From Candidatus Omnitrophota bacterium (GTDB lineage: Bacteria > Omnitrophota > Gorgyraeia > 2-01-FULL-45-10), in the NCBI GenBank assembly GCA_030691985.1, contig JAUYDB010000186.1, positions 1 through 34,859 of the forward strand: a stretch of 34,859 nucleotides of DNA, in the 5' to 3' direction. Position 1 is the first letter of the stretch. The number at the start of each line of letters is the position of its first letter. Positions 1 through 8,733 of the stretch are shown piece by piece. A program made the position numbers and the translations under genes. The notes beneath the pieces were generated by a model, which made no database searches, had not been told where the DNA came from, and saw only the letters and a program-made list of their open reading frames with translations.

Positions 1-8
1 TGGCGGGA

Positions 9-63
9 TCCCGAAACATACCTTTTAAAATGTGGCTACAGAGGTAAAAGTTATGTTTCGGGA
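9..63. repeat. 12-bp perfect inverted repeat (9-20 / 52-63) with a 31-nt spacer, upstream of the tRNA
   Basis: TCCCGAAACATA (9-20) is the exact reverse complement of TATGTTTCGGGA (52-63). Function unknown. Confidence 0.5.
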
Positions 64-78
64 GAACCAGATACATGT

Positions 79-155
79 GCGCCCGTAGCTCAATTGGATA
101 GAGCGACTGGCTTCGAACCAGTAGGCTGGGTGTTCGATTCACCCCGGGCGCGCCA
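79..155 (+). tRNA. tRNA-Arg, anticodon UCG, CCA encoded
   Basis: Cloverleaf folded by hand. Acceptor GCGCCCG (79-85) pairs with CGGGCGC (145-151). D arm is GCTC-AATTGGATA-GAGC. Anticodon arm is ACTGG-CTTCGAA-CCAGT, with TCG at 113-115. The variable loop is 5 nt (AGGCT). T arm is GGGTG-TTCGATT-CACCC. Discriminator G152 is followed by CCA at 153-155. Confidence 0.93.
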
Positions 156-164
156 ATCATAAAT

Positions 165-189
165 TAAAAAATGGGGGACACCCATTTTT
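165..189 (+). terminator. AT-rich hairpin (stem AAAATGGG/CCCATTTT, loop GGACA) with a T-run; copy A of a short repeated hairpin element
   Basis: Stem 168-175 pairs with 181-188. The site lies 10 nt after the tRNA 3' end. A 24-nt identical copy occurs at 32313-32336. Confidence 0.4.
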
Positions 190-206
190 ATGCAGTTTTT
201 ATTGAT

Positions 207-229
207 AAAAAATGAGTGTCCCCCATTTT
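207..229 (-). repeat. Inverted copy (copy B) of the same hairpin element
   Basis: The reverse complement of 207-229 is AAAATGGGGGACACTCATTTTTT. Its core differs from copy A by one mismatch. Confidence 0.6.
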
Positions 230-279
230 CAAGAGAAATAGGTATTGTGTCTCTCAATTGACGAAGTTTATTAAAAATA

Positions 280-1599
280 ATGAAGCTGAAAAATTTTATT
301 ATTCCATTCGTGGTTATTTTTATTACTAACGCAGGCGGTGTATGCGCCGGGGAAGCGCTGGAATGGAAAGAGTGCGTAAGAGAAGCCATAAAGCAACACC
401 CCGAGCTAATGACATCCTTAGAAAAGGTGAACCAGGCCAAGGCAAATAAAGAGATAACGCGAAGCGCTGTGATGCCTCAAATTACCGGCAATGCGAGCGA
501 GACAACCGCCAAGGGAGCGGCATTCGGCAGTTCGGGCGGAACCGGTCAAAGCGATATCACGGTATCTTCCACGCGCAAGCCAAAGACTACATATGAGTAT
601 AGCGTAACGGGCCAGCAGCTTCTGTTCGACGGGTTCAAAACTTCATTCGATTTATCATCGGCGGAAAGAAATATAGTATCTTCCAGGTACAATTACGATG
701 TCACTTCTTCCAATATAAGGCTGAGGCTAAAAACCGCTTTTTCCAATCTGCTAAGCTCTCAGGAACTTCTGAAAGTTACCGAGGAGATCGAGGCGCGCCG
801 CAAACAGAACCTGGAGCTCGTAAAGCTCCGGTATGAAGGCGGCCGCGAACATCGCGGATCCCTCCTCACCGCAGAAGCTGATGTAGCTCAAGCCAGCTAC
901 GATGTGAATCAGGCCGGGAGGAGCATATATTTTTCGCAACGGCAACTTACAAAAGAGTTAGGCCGGTCGTCATTCAGGCCCATGGCAGCAAAGGGTGAGC
1001 TTGAAGTTAAAGAGCGGGTTTCAGAAAGGCCGAATTTTGACGAATTGGTTGAAACAACGCCGTTTTTACAGCAGCTCATAGCGCAAAAAGAGGCCGCTAA
1101 ATTCGGTCTAAAATCGGCCTACGCTGATTTTTTTCCGCAGGTATATGCCAGCGGAAACATAGGAAATTCCAATGTAGACGCTTTTCCCGATAAGAATGAA
1201 TGGTCGGGCGGGGTAAGTTTAACGCTCCCTATTTTTGACGGGGGCAATAGATTTGCCGCTGTTTCAAAGGCCAAAGCGGTATTGGGCCAGGCAAGCGATG
1301 ATGAAAGATCGGGCCGTGACAGTGTCATCCTTACCCTGGCCGATACCTGGACCAGGCTGCAGAACACCGTTGAAAATGTGGCGGTTCAACGGAAATTTTT
1401 GGAAGCGACGGAAGAACGCGCTAAAATAGCCAGGGCGGAATACGCCATAGGGCTCATGTCTTTCGATAACTGGATAATCATAGAAAATAATCTGGCATCG
1501 GCTAAAAAGAGCTTTGTAAATTCCGAAGTAAATTCTTTGATCGCGGAAGCCGGTTGGGTTCAGGCAAAAGGAGGTACTCTGGACTATGATAAAGAATAG
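280..1599 (+). CDS. TolC-family outer-membrane efflux protein (439 aa)
   Basis: N-terminal signal peptide. The long coiled-coil and beta-barrel repeat pattern is typical of the OEP/TolC family. It is followed by adaptor and ABC pump genes with overlapping junctions. Confidence 0.85.
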   Translation: MKLKNFIIPFVVIFITNAGGVCAGEALEWKECVREAIKQHPELMTSLEKVNQAKANKEITRSAVMPQITGNASETTAKGAAFGSSGGTGQSDITVSSTRKPKTTYEYSVTGQQLLFDGFKTSFDLSSAERNIVSSRYNYDVTSSNIRLRLKTAFSNLLSSQELLKVTEEIEARRKQNLELVKLRYEGGREHRGSLLTAEADVAQASYDVNQAGRSIYFSQRQLTKELGRSSFRPMAAKGELEVKERVSERPNFDELVETTPFLQQLIAQKEAAKFGLKSAYADFFPQVYASGNIGNSNVDAFPDKNEWSGGVSLTLPIFDGGNRFAAVSKAKAVLGQASDDERSGRDSVILTLADTWTRLQNTVENVAVQRKFLEATEERAKIARAEYAIGLMSFDNWIIIENNLASAKKSFVNSEVNSLIAEAGWVQAKGGTLDYDKE

Positions 1600-2551
1600 A
1601 TGGTGGAAGTTATGCCTTATCTTATTGCCGGTTATAATAGGAGTTGTATTTTTAGTAAAAACAAAAAGCAAGCCTTCGGGCGAAGCCACCCGGGAAATAA
1701 AACCGGTGATCGGCAATATCGAGACCGTTATAACTTCTACGGCGACTGTTCAGCCGCAAAACAGATTGGAAATAAAACCGCCGATCAATGGCCGTATCGA
1801 TGAAATTCTGGTAAAGGAAGGCCAGGAGGTAAAGGTAGGCGAGATTCTGGCATGGATGAGCTCTACCGAGAGGGCCGCCCTTTTAGACGCCGCCAGAGCC
1901 CGCGGCCCGGAAGAGATTAAATATTGGCGGGAGGTATATAAACCAACCCCTTTGATATCGCCTATAGACGGGGAGGTCATCGTCAGCACCGATGAGCCGG
2001 GCCAGACCGTTACGTCGTCTGAGGCGGTAGTCGTTTTGTCGGACCATTTGATTGTCCAGGCTCAAGTCGACGAGACCGATATAGGAGGGATCCGCGTCGG
2101 GCAAGACGCCATGATCAGCCTCGACGCATATCCAAAAATAAAGGTGATGGGCAGGGTGGACCATATTTATTATGAATCTAAAATAGTGAATAATGTCACT
2201 ATCTATCAGGTTGACATTGTCCCTGAGAGCGTTCCGGAGGTGTTTCGCTCGGGCATGTCCGCCACAGTCAGCATTATAGAAAAGACAAAAAAGGACGCGT
2301 TGCTTATACCGATAGATACAGTCAAAAGAAACAGGGAAGGCCCTTATGTCCTCGTAAGCCAGGGCATCGGCAAGCCGGCCATGGAACGAAAAATAGAGCT
2401 TGGTATTTCGGATGAAAAGAATATTGAGGTTACCTCAGGGCTATCGGAGCAGGATACGATTTTGGTTAAAAGCCAAAAGTATACATTACCAGCCGCTTCT
2501 GACGCCGGAACCAATCCTTTGGTGCCTTCCAGGAGAAGAAGCGGTAGATAA
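1586..2551 (+). CDS. macA: Periplasmic adaptor (membrane-fusion protein) of the HlyD/MacA family (321 aa)
   Basis: One N-terminal TM anchor (WWKLCLILLPVIIGVVFLV). Lipoyl and beta-barrel adaptor motifs are present (PINGRIDEILVKEGQEVKVGEILA, PIDGEVI). It overlaps the upstream stop by 14 nt and sits directly before a MacB-type pump gene. Confidence 0.85.
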   Translation: MIKNRWWKLCLILLPVIIGVVFLVKTKSKPSGEATREIKPVIGNIETVITSTATVQPQNRLEIKPPINGRIDEILVKEGQEVKVGEILAWMSSTERAALLDAARARGPEEIKYWREVYKPTPLISPIDGEVIVSTDEPGQTVTSSEAVVVLSDHLIVQAQVDETDIGGIRVGQDAMISLDAYPKIKVMGRVDHIYYESKIVNNVTIYQVDIVPESVPEVFRSGMSATVSIIEKTKKDALLIPIDTVKRNREGPYVLVSQGIGKPAMERKIELGISDEKNIEVTSGLSEQDTILVKSQKYTLPAASDAGTNPLVPSRRRSGR

Positions 2552-2558
2552 ACGATAT

Positions 2559-4517
2559 ATGATAGAGCTGAAAAATATAACTAAAACCTATAAGACCGGC
2601 AAGGTGGGAGTGGCTGCCTTGCAGGGAGTATCTTTAACTATCGGCCAGGGAGAGTTTGTCGCTATCATGGGCCCTTCCGGTTCAGGCAAGTCTACGCTTC
2701 TGCACCTTTTGAGTTTTTTGGATAGGCCTGATTCGGGACAGTACTATTTAGGGGGGAAAAAAGTTACGGGCTTAAACGACGACCAGTTGGCTATTTTGAG
2801 AAACCATTTGATCGGTTTTATATTTCAGCAATTTCACCTGCTTCCGCGGGTGACTTCTTTGGAAAACGCGGAGCTTCCGCTCATCTATGCCGGAAAACGC
2901 CATCTGAAAGAAAAGGCGGCTGAAAAGATCAAAAGCGTCGGCTTATCCGGCAGGGCTCATCACAGGCCTAACGAGCTTTCCGGAGGCGAGCAGCAACGAG
3001 TCGCCATTGCCCGTTCGTTAGTGAACGAACCGCCTCTCATCTTAGCTGATGAACCGACAGGGAACTTAGATACGAAGAGCCAAAATGAAATAATGGCGAT
3101 TTTAGAAGAACTGAACCGGCAGGGCAAGACCATTATCATGGTAACTCATGAGGAAGAAGTGGCAAAGTATGCCAAAAGAATTATCAAGATGCGGGACGGG
3201 AAAATCGTCTCCGATGAAAAGATGAAAGGCAAAGACACCCAGCCGGTTCCGGCAAATATTTCAATAGCCGCCATACTGTCTGAAGGAAGCTCTAACATAA
3301 AACGGGCGGAACTTGCCGACCACTTTAAACAGGCCTTCTGGTCAATAATCTCGCACAAGATGCGATCGATGCTTTCGATGCTCGGCATACTTATAGGCGT
3401 AGCGGCAGTAATAGCCATGCTTGCTCTGGGGCAGGGCGCAAAAGAATCTATTTCGCAGACATTGGCTTCGCTTGGCTCAAACCTGCTGACGGTAAGATCC
3501 GGCTCCCACAGGCTGCACGGCGTAGCCATGGAGGCAGGCGCGGTAACGCGCTTTAATTTTCAGGATGTTGACGCGATCGCCAAAATTCCGGGCGTAAAAA
3601 GGGTTTCCCCGACCGTAAGCGGCAGGGCCCAGCTTGTCTACGCGAATCAAAACTGGAATACGCAGGTCCAGGGCGTTGGGGCCGGGTACGGCGAGATGCG
3701 CGCGTCTATGCCCACCATAGGCAGGTTTTTCACAGAGGATGAATTAAAGACCCGTAAGCGCGTAGTTTTGATAGGGACGACCGTGGCAAAAGAACTATTC
3801 GGGCAGGATAACCCGATAGATTCGTCTATTAAAGTTAACAGGATAATTTTTCAGGTAATAGGCGTCCTGCCTGCTAAGGGCGCGAATATGTGGCACGATC
3901 AGGACGACCTTATAATCATTCCTGTTACCACCGCCATGTATCGTGTTTTGGGTAAAGAATATGTAGATACAATAGATATTGAGGTCGGCGGCGCCTTATT
4001 GATGGATGAAGTCCAGGAGGCGATAAAAGAGGCGATTATCAAACGCCGCCGCCTTAATAAAGAAAGCGAAAATTCGTTTGAGATCCGCAACATGGCGGAT
4101 ATACAAGAGACCTTGGTTAAAACCACCCAGACCATGACATGGCTTTTGGGTTCCATCGCGGCTATTTCTCTCCTCGTGGGAGGTATCGGCATAATGAATA
4201 TAATGCTCGTTTCCGTTACAGAGAGGACAAGGGAGATAGGCCTCAGAAAAGCGATAGGCGCCCATGATTCGGATATTATGGCGCAGTTTTTAATAGAGTC
4301 GGTGGTAATGACGTTTTCCGGCGGGATAGCGGGAGTTTTATTCGGATCGGGAATCGCCCTGCTTATGGCTGTCCTTGCGGGATGGACAATAAAGATATCC
4401 ACGTCTTCTATTTTGCTTGCGACGACCTTTTCTGTTATAATAGGGTTAATTTTTGGCCTGTGGCCGGCGCGGCAAGCGGCAAAGCTAAACCCGATAGAGG
4501 CCTTAAGATATGAATGA
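2559..4517 (+). CDS. macB: MacB-type ABC transporter, fused ATPase and FtsX-like permease (652 aa)
   Basis: Walker [13 protein letters not shown] signature [15 protein letters not shown] and Walker [13 protein letters not shown] are present, followed by four TM segments with a large periplasmic domain. The start is set at the ATG of [11 protein letters not shown] (2559). The track start at 2400 overlaps macA and adds a non-homologous extension. Confidence 0.9.
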   Translation: MIELKNITKTYKTGKVGVAALQGVSLTIGQGEFVAIMGPSGSGKSTLLHLLSFLDRPDSGQYYLGGKKVTGLNDDQLAILRNHLIGFIFQQFHLLPRVTSLENAELPLIYAGKRHLKEKAAEKIKSVGLSGRAHHRPNELSGGEQQRVAIARSLVNEPPLILADEPTGNLDTKSQNEIMAILEELNRQGKTIIMVTHEEEVAKYAKRIIKMRDGKIVSDEKMKGKDTQPVPANISIAAILSEGSSNIKRAELADHFKQAFWSIISHKMRSMLSMLGILIGVAAVIAMLALGQGAKESISQTLASLGSNLLTVRSGSHRLHGVAMEAGAVTRFNFQDVDAIAKIPGVKRVSPTVSGRAQLVYANQNWNTQVQGVGAGYGEMRASMPTIGRFFTEDELKTRKRVVLIGTTVAKELFGQDNPIDSSIKVNRIIFQVIGVLPAKGANMWHDQDDLIIIPVTTAMYRVLGKEYVDTIDIEVGGALLMDEVQEAIKEAIIKRRRLNKESENSFEIRNMADIQETLVKTTQTMTWLLGSIAAISLLVGGIGIMNIMLVSVTERTREIGLRKAIGAHDSDIMAQFLIESVVMTFSGGIAGVLFGSGIALLMAVLAGWTIKISTSSILLATTFSVIIGLIFGLWPARQAAKLNPIEALRYE

Positions 4518-4545
4518 TAGGGAAATCGGGGAACACAATCATTGC

Positions 4546-4717
4546 TGTCCAAATTGGCACAATTTCCCCCTCACCTTAATCCTCTCCCCCTTCGGGGGAG
4601 AGGAAATTATGAGGAAATCCCCTCTCCCCTTTCAGGGGAGAGGGCAAGGGTGAGGGGTAGGCAAAGATCGAATCTCAAAATACAGTTTCCGTCGGGACTT
4701 GTGGTCTAATTTGGACA
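4546..4717 (+). mobile_element. 172-bp MITE-like non-coding palindromic element
   Basis: Perfect 10-bp terminal inverted repeats TGTCCAAATT (4546-4555) and AATTTGGACA (4708-4717). Two internal perfect hairpins: CCTCTCCCCC/GGGGGAGAGG (4581-4603) and CCCTCTCCCCT/AGGGGAGAGGG (4620-4644). The right arm 4634-4717 is 80/84 identical to the reverse complement of 34776-34859. Confidence 0.65.
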
Positions 4718-4762
4718 TAAGTGATTGTGTTTCACTATTTCCGCGGCGCGAAGGAGTCAAGG

Positions 4763-5689
4763 ATGTCCGTAGTATTTTCGTTCGATATCAGAAATTTTAA
4801 AAGGCCGCCCCGGCCGGCCGGCGCCCATTTAAGTAAAAACGGGCTCTTTCTTAAGGGGCATAACGGGTCGGCCGTTATCCTTATCCACGGCCTCACAGGC
4901 ACCTCGAATGAGATGAAGTCCCTTGCTTCTTTCCTGCATAGAAAAGGGTATACGGTAATATGCCCAAGGCTCGCCAATCACGGTGAATCGATATGGGTGC
5001 TTAAAAATACAAAATGGCAGGAATTTTATGAAACCGTCCGGAATTGCCTTTTAAAAGGGGAGCTTGCCGGCGCTGAAGGGCCGATTTTTGCCTCAGGCCT
5101 TTCTATGGGGGCCCTCCTGGCCCTTCTCCTCGCGCATGAATTCAAAGACAGGGTGTTGGGCGTCAGCTGCCTCGCGCCGACTCTATTCTATGACGGCTGG
5201 AACACCCCGAACTCCAAATTTTTTCTGCCGCTCGGTTACAGGACGTTCCTCAAGCATTTTTTCTATTTCAAAGAAGATCCGCCTTACGGGATCAAGAATG
5301 AGATAATACGCCAGCGGATACACAGATACTACAACAATGCCAGGCTGGAAGATACCGCCAACGTAGAACAGTATGGCTACCCGTATTTTCCGGTGGCGTT
5401 ACTGCATCAGCTGCAGCTTTTAGTGAGACATCTCACAGATAAACTTCCGGACATGCGCTTTCCTGTCCAGCTCATACAGGCAAAAGATGACGACATGGCG
5501 AGCGTCAGGAACTCAAAATTCATCTACGACAGGATAAGCTCTGAGACGAAAGAGATGATTTTGCTGTACGATTCTTACCATGTGATAACAGCCGACCATG
5601 AACGCGATACAGTCGCCGAGAAGATGGAAGGCTTCTTCGGGCGCGTAAGAAGGGCATGGACGCCTGAACATCGTGGCGGTATGCGGTGA
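4763..5689 (+). CDS. Alpha/beta-hydrolase (carboxylesterase or monoacylglycerol-lipase-like, 308 aa)
   Basis: HGLTGTS oxyanion region, GLSMGA nucleophile elbow (GxSxG), and acidic and His candidates (KDDDMA, SYHVIT). The start is moved to ATG 4763, which has an AAGGAG Shine-Dalgarno at 4751-4756. Confidence 0.8.
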   Translation: MSVVFSFDIRNFKRPPRPAGAHLSKNGLFLKGHNGSAVILIHGLTGTSNEMKSLASFLHRKGYTVICPRLANHGESIWVLKNTKWQEFYETVRNCLLKGELAGAEGPIFASGLSMGALLALLLAHEFKDRVLGVSCLAPTLFYDGWNTPNSKFFLPLGYRTFLKHFFYFKEDPPYGIKNEIIRQRIHRYYNNARLEDTANVEQYGYPYFPVALLHQLQLLVRHLTDKLPDMRFPVQLIQAKDDDMASVRNSKFIYDRISSETKEMILLYDSYHVITADHERDTVAEKMEGFFGRVRRAWTPEHRGGMR

Positions 5690-6963
5690 GGGCCTTTCCG
5701 CCGGTATTCCGCACGCTTCGTTACAGAAACTTTCGGCTCTTCTTTATGGGCCAGGGCGTATCTTTGGTCGGCACATGGATGGAACATGTGGCGATGAGCT
5801 GGCTCGTATATCGTCTCACAAATTCGCCTTTTCTTTTAGGCGTAATGGGATTTTTGACTCAAGCCCCGACGTTTATCCTGAGCCCTTTTGCCGGGGTCAT
5901 GTCCGACAGGTGGGATCGCCGGCGCGTCATCATCATTACCCAGACGCTTTACATGATCCAGGCGATGGCCCTGGCGTTTCTCGCTCTGACGGGGACTATC
6001 GCCGTATGGCACCTGATTGCGCTGGGCGTATTTGTCGGATGTGTGAACTCTTTCGATATACCCTGCCGCCAGTCCTTCATAGTGGAGATGGTGGATGATA
6101 AAGAAGACCTTGGCAATGCCATTGCCTTGAATTCCCTGATGTTCAATGCCGCGCGCCTCGCGGGGCCTTCCCTGGCAGGGGTGATCATAGCCATGTCAAG
6201 CGAAGGCGTATGTTTTCTTATCAACGGCATAAGCTTCATCGCCGCGATAGCCGCGCTGTGCTTCATGAGGATTAAAAAACACGAAACGAAGCCTGAAAAT
6301 ACCCATATCCTCGAAGACCTGAGAGAAGGGTTTTCTTATGTGTACGGGTTTAAACCTATAAGATTTATACTCCTGCTTCTTAGCGTCGTAAGCTTTACGG
6401 GTATATCCTACGTGGTGCTCATGCCGGTCTTCGCCAGGGATATCCTTAAATGCGGGCCCGGGACATTCGGTATTATGATGGCGTCGACAGGGCTGGGCGC
6501 GCTCGCGGCTACAATTTACCTCGCTATGCGGAAGAGCGTATTAGGATTAAGCCGCCTGATACCCGTATTTTCATCAATCTTTTCGATAGGGATTATTGTG
6601 TTTTCCGTCTCCCGCGCCCTGTGGTTTTCGTTATCGGCTTTGGCCGTCGCGGGTTTCGGGATCATGGCCCATATGGCCTCGAGTAATATAATACTGCAGA
6701 CTATCGTAGACGACGATAAGCGCGGCAGGGTCATGAGTTTCTATACGATGGCCTTTATAGGCGTGGCGCCGTTCGGGAGCCTTTTTTCGGGAATCATGGC
6801 CTCAAAGATCGGGGCTACAAATACCCTGATCGCCGGCGGGTCAATCTGCGTCATCGCGTCTTTAATCTTCGCGAGGAAATTGCCGGTAATAAAAAAAGCG
6901 ATACATCCCATATACAGGAAGATGGGTATCATCCCCGAAGTCGTCTCCGGCATAAGCCCCTAA
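5686..6963 (+). CDS. MFS transporter, MFS_3 / EntS-like family (425 aa)
   Basis: N-terminus FRNFRLFFMGQGVSLVGTWM...SPFAGVMSDRWDRRRV is characteristic of the MFS_3 family. About 12 hydrophobic helices are visible. The GTG start overlaps the hydrolase stop (GTGA). Confidence 0.85.
   Translation: MRAFPPVFRTLRYRNFRLFFMGQGVSLVGTWMEHVAMSWLVYRLTNSPFLLGVMGFLTQAPTFILSPFAGVMSDRWDRRRVIIITQTLYMIQAMALAFLALTGTIAVWHLIALGVFVGCVNSFDIPCRQSFIVEMVDDKEDLGNAIALNSLMFNAARLAGPSLAGVIIAMSSEGVCFLINGISFIAAIAALCFMRIKKHETKPENTHILEDLREGFSYVYGFKPIRFILLLLSVVSFTGISYVVLMPVFARDILKCGPGTFGIMMASTGLGALAATIYLAMRKSVLGLSRLIPVFSSIFSIGIIVFSVSRALWFSLSALAVAGFGIMAHMASSNIILQTIVDDDKRGRVMSFYTMAFIGVAPFGSLFSGIMASKIGATNTLIAGGSICVIASLIFARKLPVIKKAIHPIYRKMGIIPEVVSGISP
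6928..6963 (+). repeat. Left copy of the direct repeat (3' end of the MFS gene), candidate attL-like junction
   Basis: ATCATCCCCGAAGTCGTCTCCGGCATAA (6928-6955) is identical to 32280-32307. The match extends to 36 bp with 2 mismatches. Confidence 0.85.
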
Positions 6964-7006
6964 GACTCCAAGCCTGCCGCCTCTTCAGAAAAATCTGATA
7001 AAATTA

Positions 7007-7035
7007 TTGACAGGTTGTGATACAAGGAGTAATAA
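7007..7035 (+). promoter_or_regulatory. Sigma70-like promoter candidate for the island operon
   Basis: TTGACA (7007-7012), a 17-nt spacer, then TAATAA (7030-7035). An AAGAGGAG Shine-Dalgarno at 7074-7081 precedes ATG 7091. This is a sequence match only. Confidence 0.35.
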
Positions 7036-7090
7036 TAAGCACATATAGGTTAAGGGAAATCCAAAAGTATGGCAAGAGGAGCTTGCGGCA

Positions 7091-8710
7091 ATGGAGCCAC
7101 TGGACAAGCGCGCTATTACCGAAGAAGTAATTAATCTATTAGATAAATGGCCGAGGGCTGTTAAGGATTGGCCTCACTGGGATAAAGAGGCCAGGCAATA
7201 TCTTGGGCATTGTCTGCGTCTATATCCCAAGGGAGACGAGCGCAGACATTTTGATAAATTCAGTGAGGTTGTCTCGCTTTTGACGGCCAGAAAACAAAAC
7301 GCGACCAACAGCAAATTATTTTTGGAACATCTTGACACAGAGGACATCGCTATCGGTTTTCAGATATTTTCCAGGAAGAGGGAAGGGTATGAGCGGTGTG
7401 TAAGGGCGCGCCTGTGTGAAATCTTCAAGCGCGCGTTTAACGACGCGGAAAATCTGAAGCCGGACAATAGCGGTGAGACCAGAATTGGAAATGCGATCAA
7501 GGCTTTAGAAGAACCCGTGGATTTCGCTGACGGCCATTTCCGGGACTTGGTAAAGCATGTTCAGCTTCTTCCTGAAAAAGGCCGTGACAGGCCCAACGAT
7601 GTCCGGCACCTCGCGCGATTATGGCCTTTGGCGAAGGACCTGGAAGATATCCTTGCCGCGCCTATGGCGCTACGCAGACACGACTACATAGACCTTACCT
7701 TTGACATACTTTATTTCTCCGACGAAATAGATGAATATCGTGACGTGGTAATGGCACGCCTTGCCGATTCCTGCGTCAGTCATTGTAAGGAGATGTCGGT
7801 ATTTTGGACTTTGCAATATAGCGGCTCCACGGACAGGGATATGGTGACAGATTTCCGCAATTTAGCGGACAAGTTATTTACATCCTCCGGGCATGGCGCC
7901 GCTTCCAAAAAAACACTCGTGGGTAATCTGTCCGATTTTCAGCGGCATATGTTGATCTCGCTTAGAAAGATTTCTGAGGACATGAAACAACCTTTCGATC
8001 ATGTGTGGATAGCGAATATCCTATATGCTATTTTTGATGGCGACAAGATAAGGCAGGGCAGTTTGATCGCTGTCAGAGACATGATAGGGAACCCGGTAAT
8101 TGACCTTCAGAGATTGAAAGAAGCGCTTTTTAGAATGGCGGAATCAAGCGACGTTAAGGCGGAGGCATCGAACTATTTTTTTGAGGCGATGCGCGATTTA
8201 ATGTTGAGTGATAATGCTGATACCGGCCAGTGCGTGGAAAAAATGCCGGACGAAGCGCGGCGTTTGATAAACAAGTGCAAGGAATTTTACGATCAGGATA
8301 AAGTGGATTCTCTGGCAGCAGCATTATTGCAGAGCGTGGATAAGGATCCGGACCCTGCGGCTCGCCACGGCAGATATATAGAAAAAGCGCTCTGGCTCGC
8401 GTCTCTGTACGGAGAGAAAGAGGTTTGCCGGGAAGCAGCTTGGACTATGAGCAGGTACTATGTTCTTCAGGGAAAGACGGAAGATAAAAACTACTATTTG
8501 ATCCATACGAAAATCGTGCTCAGGTTATTACAGAGCGTGAACTATAGCCGCGACGAAGCGGATAGATTGACGCGCGATATTCAGTCCTTTTACCAGACGG
8601 ATAGCCTTCGATGCGCCGCGCCTTCGGCATTCGGGTCGGACGGGGCCGATATCGAGGAGAAGGTCAAGGAAAATGCGGCTATCTGCCGGCGTGTGATAAA
8701 ATTATTGTGA
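7091..8710 (+). CDS. Hypothetical cytoplasmic protein (539 aa), first gene of the island operon
   Basis: Long ORF with a good Shine-Dalgarno, no signal peptide and no TM segment. The composition looks helical. I recognise no motif. Confidence 0.7.
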   Translation: MEPLDKRAITEEVINLLDKWPRAVKDWPHWDKEARQYLGHCLRLYPKGDERRHFDKFSEVVSLLTARKQNATNSKLFLEHLDTEDIAIGFQIFSRKREGYERCVRARLCEIFKRAFNDAENLKPDNSGETRIGNAIKALEEPVDFADGHFRDLVKHVQLLPEKGRDRPNDVRHLARLWPLAKDLEDILAAPMALRRHDYIDLTFDILYFSDEIDEYRDVVMARLADSCVSHCKEMSVFWTLQYSGSTDRDMVTDFRNLADKLFTSSGHGAASKKTLVGNLSDFQRHMLISLRKISEDMKQPFDHVWIANILYAIFDGDKIRQGSLIAVRDMIGNPVIDLQRLKEALFRMAESSDVKAEASNYFFEAMRDLMLSDNADTGQCVEKMPDEARRLINKCKEFYDQDKVDSLAAALLQSVDKDPDPAARHGRYIEKALWLASLYGEKEVCREAAWTMSRYYVLQGKTEDKNYYLIHTKIVLRLLQSVNYSRDEADRLTRDIQSFYQTDSLRCAAPSAFGSDGADIEEKVKENAAICRRVIKLL

Positions 8711-8733
8711 TGATACAATCCAGGGACGCATAA

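Noticed and set aside
257-279. TTGACG at 257-262 as a promoter for the efflux operon
   Set aside because: It lies only 17 nt before the ATG at 280 and has no acceptable -10 hexamer in between. It would imply a leaderless transcript, for which there is no evidence.
90-440. 116-aa minus-strand ORF
   Set aside because: It overlaps the tRNA-Arg gene, the hairpin repeats and the start of the TolC-like gene. It has no Shine-Dalgarno and no recognisable motif, so I treat it as an artefact.
2400-2558. Upstream extensions of track ORFs: macB from 2400, hydrolase from 4721, dnaX from 32319
   Set aside because: The extensions overlap the upstream gene or repeat elements and add non-homologous residues. 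Internal ATGs at 2559, 4763 (with AAGGAG) and 32391 give canonical N-termini.
3899-4552. 217-aa minus-strand ORF antisense to macB (and the similar antisense ORFs at 1264-1716, 3146-3529, 12301-12744, 16118-16567 and 19702-20157)
   Set aside because: Each lies entirely inside a strongly supported plus-strand gene. The compositions are Ser/Arg/Pro-rich and typical of antisense frames, with no motifs.
5673-6098. 141-aa alternative-frame ORF overlapping the MFS gene start
   Set aside because: The MFS frame has family-typical motifs from its first residues. The alternative frame is Arg/Gly/Pro-rich with no motif.
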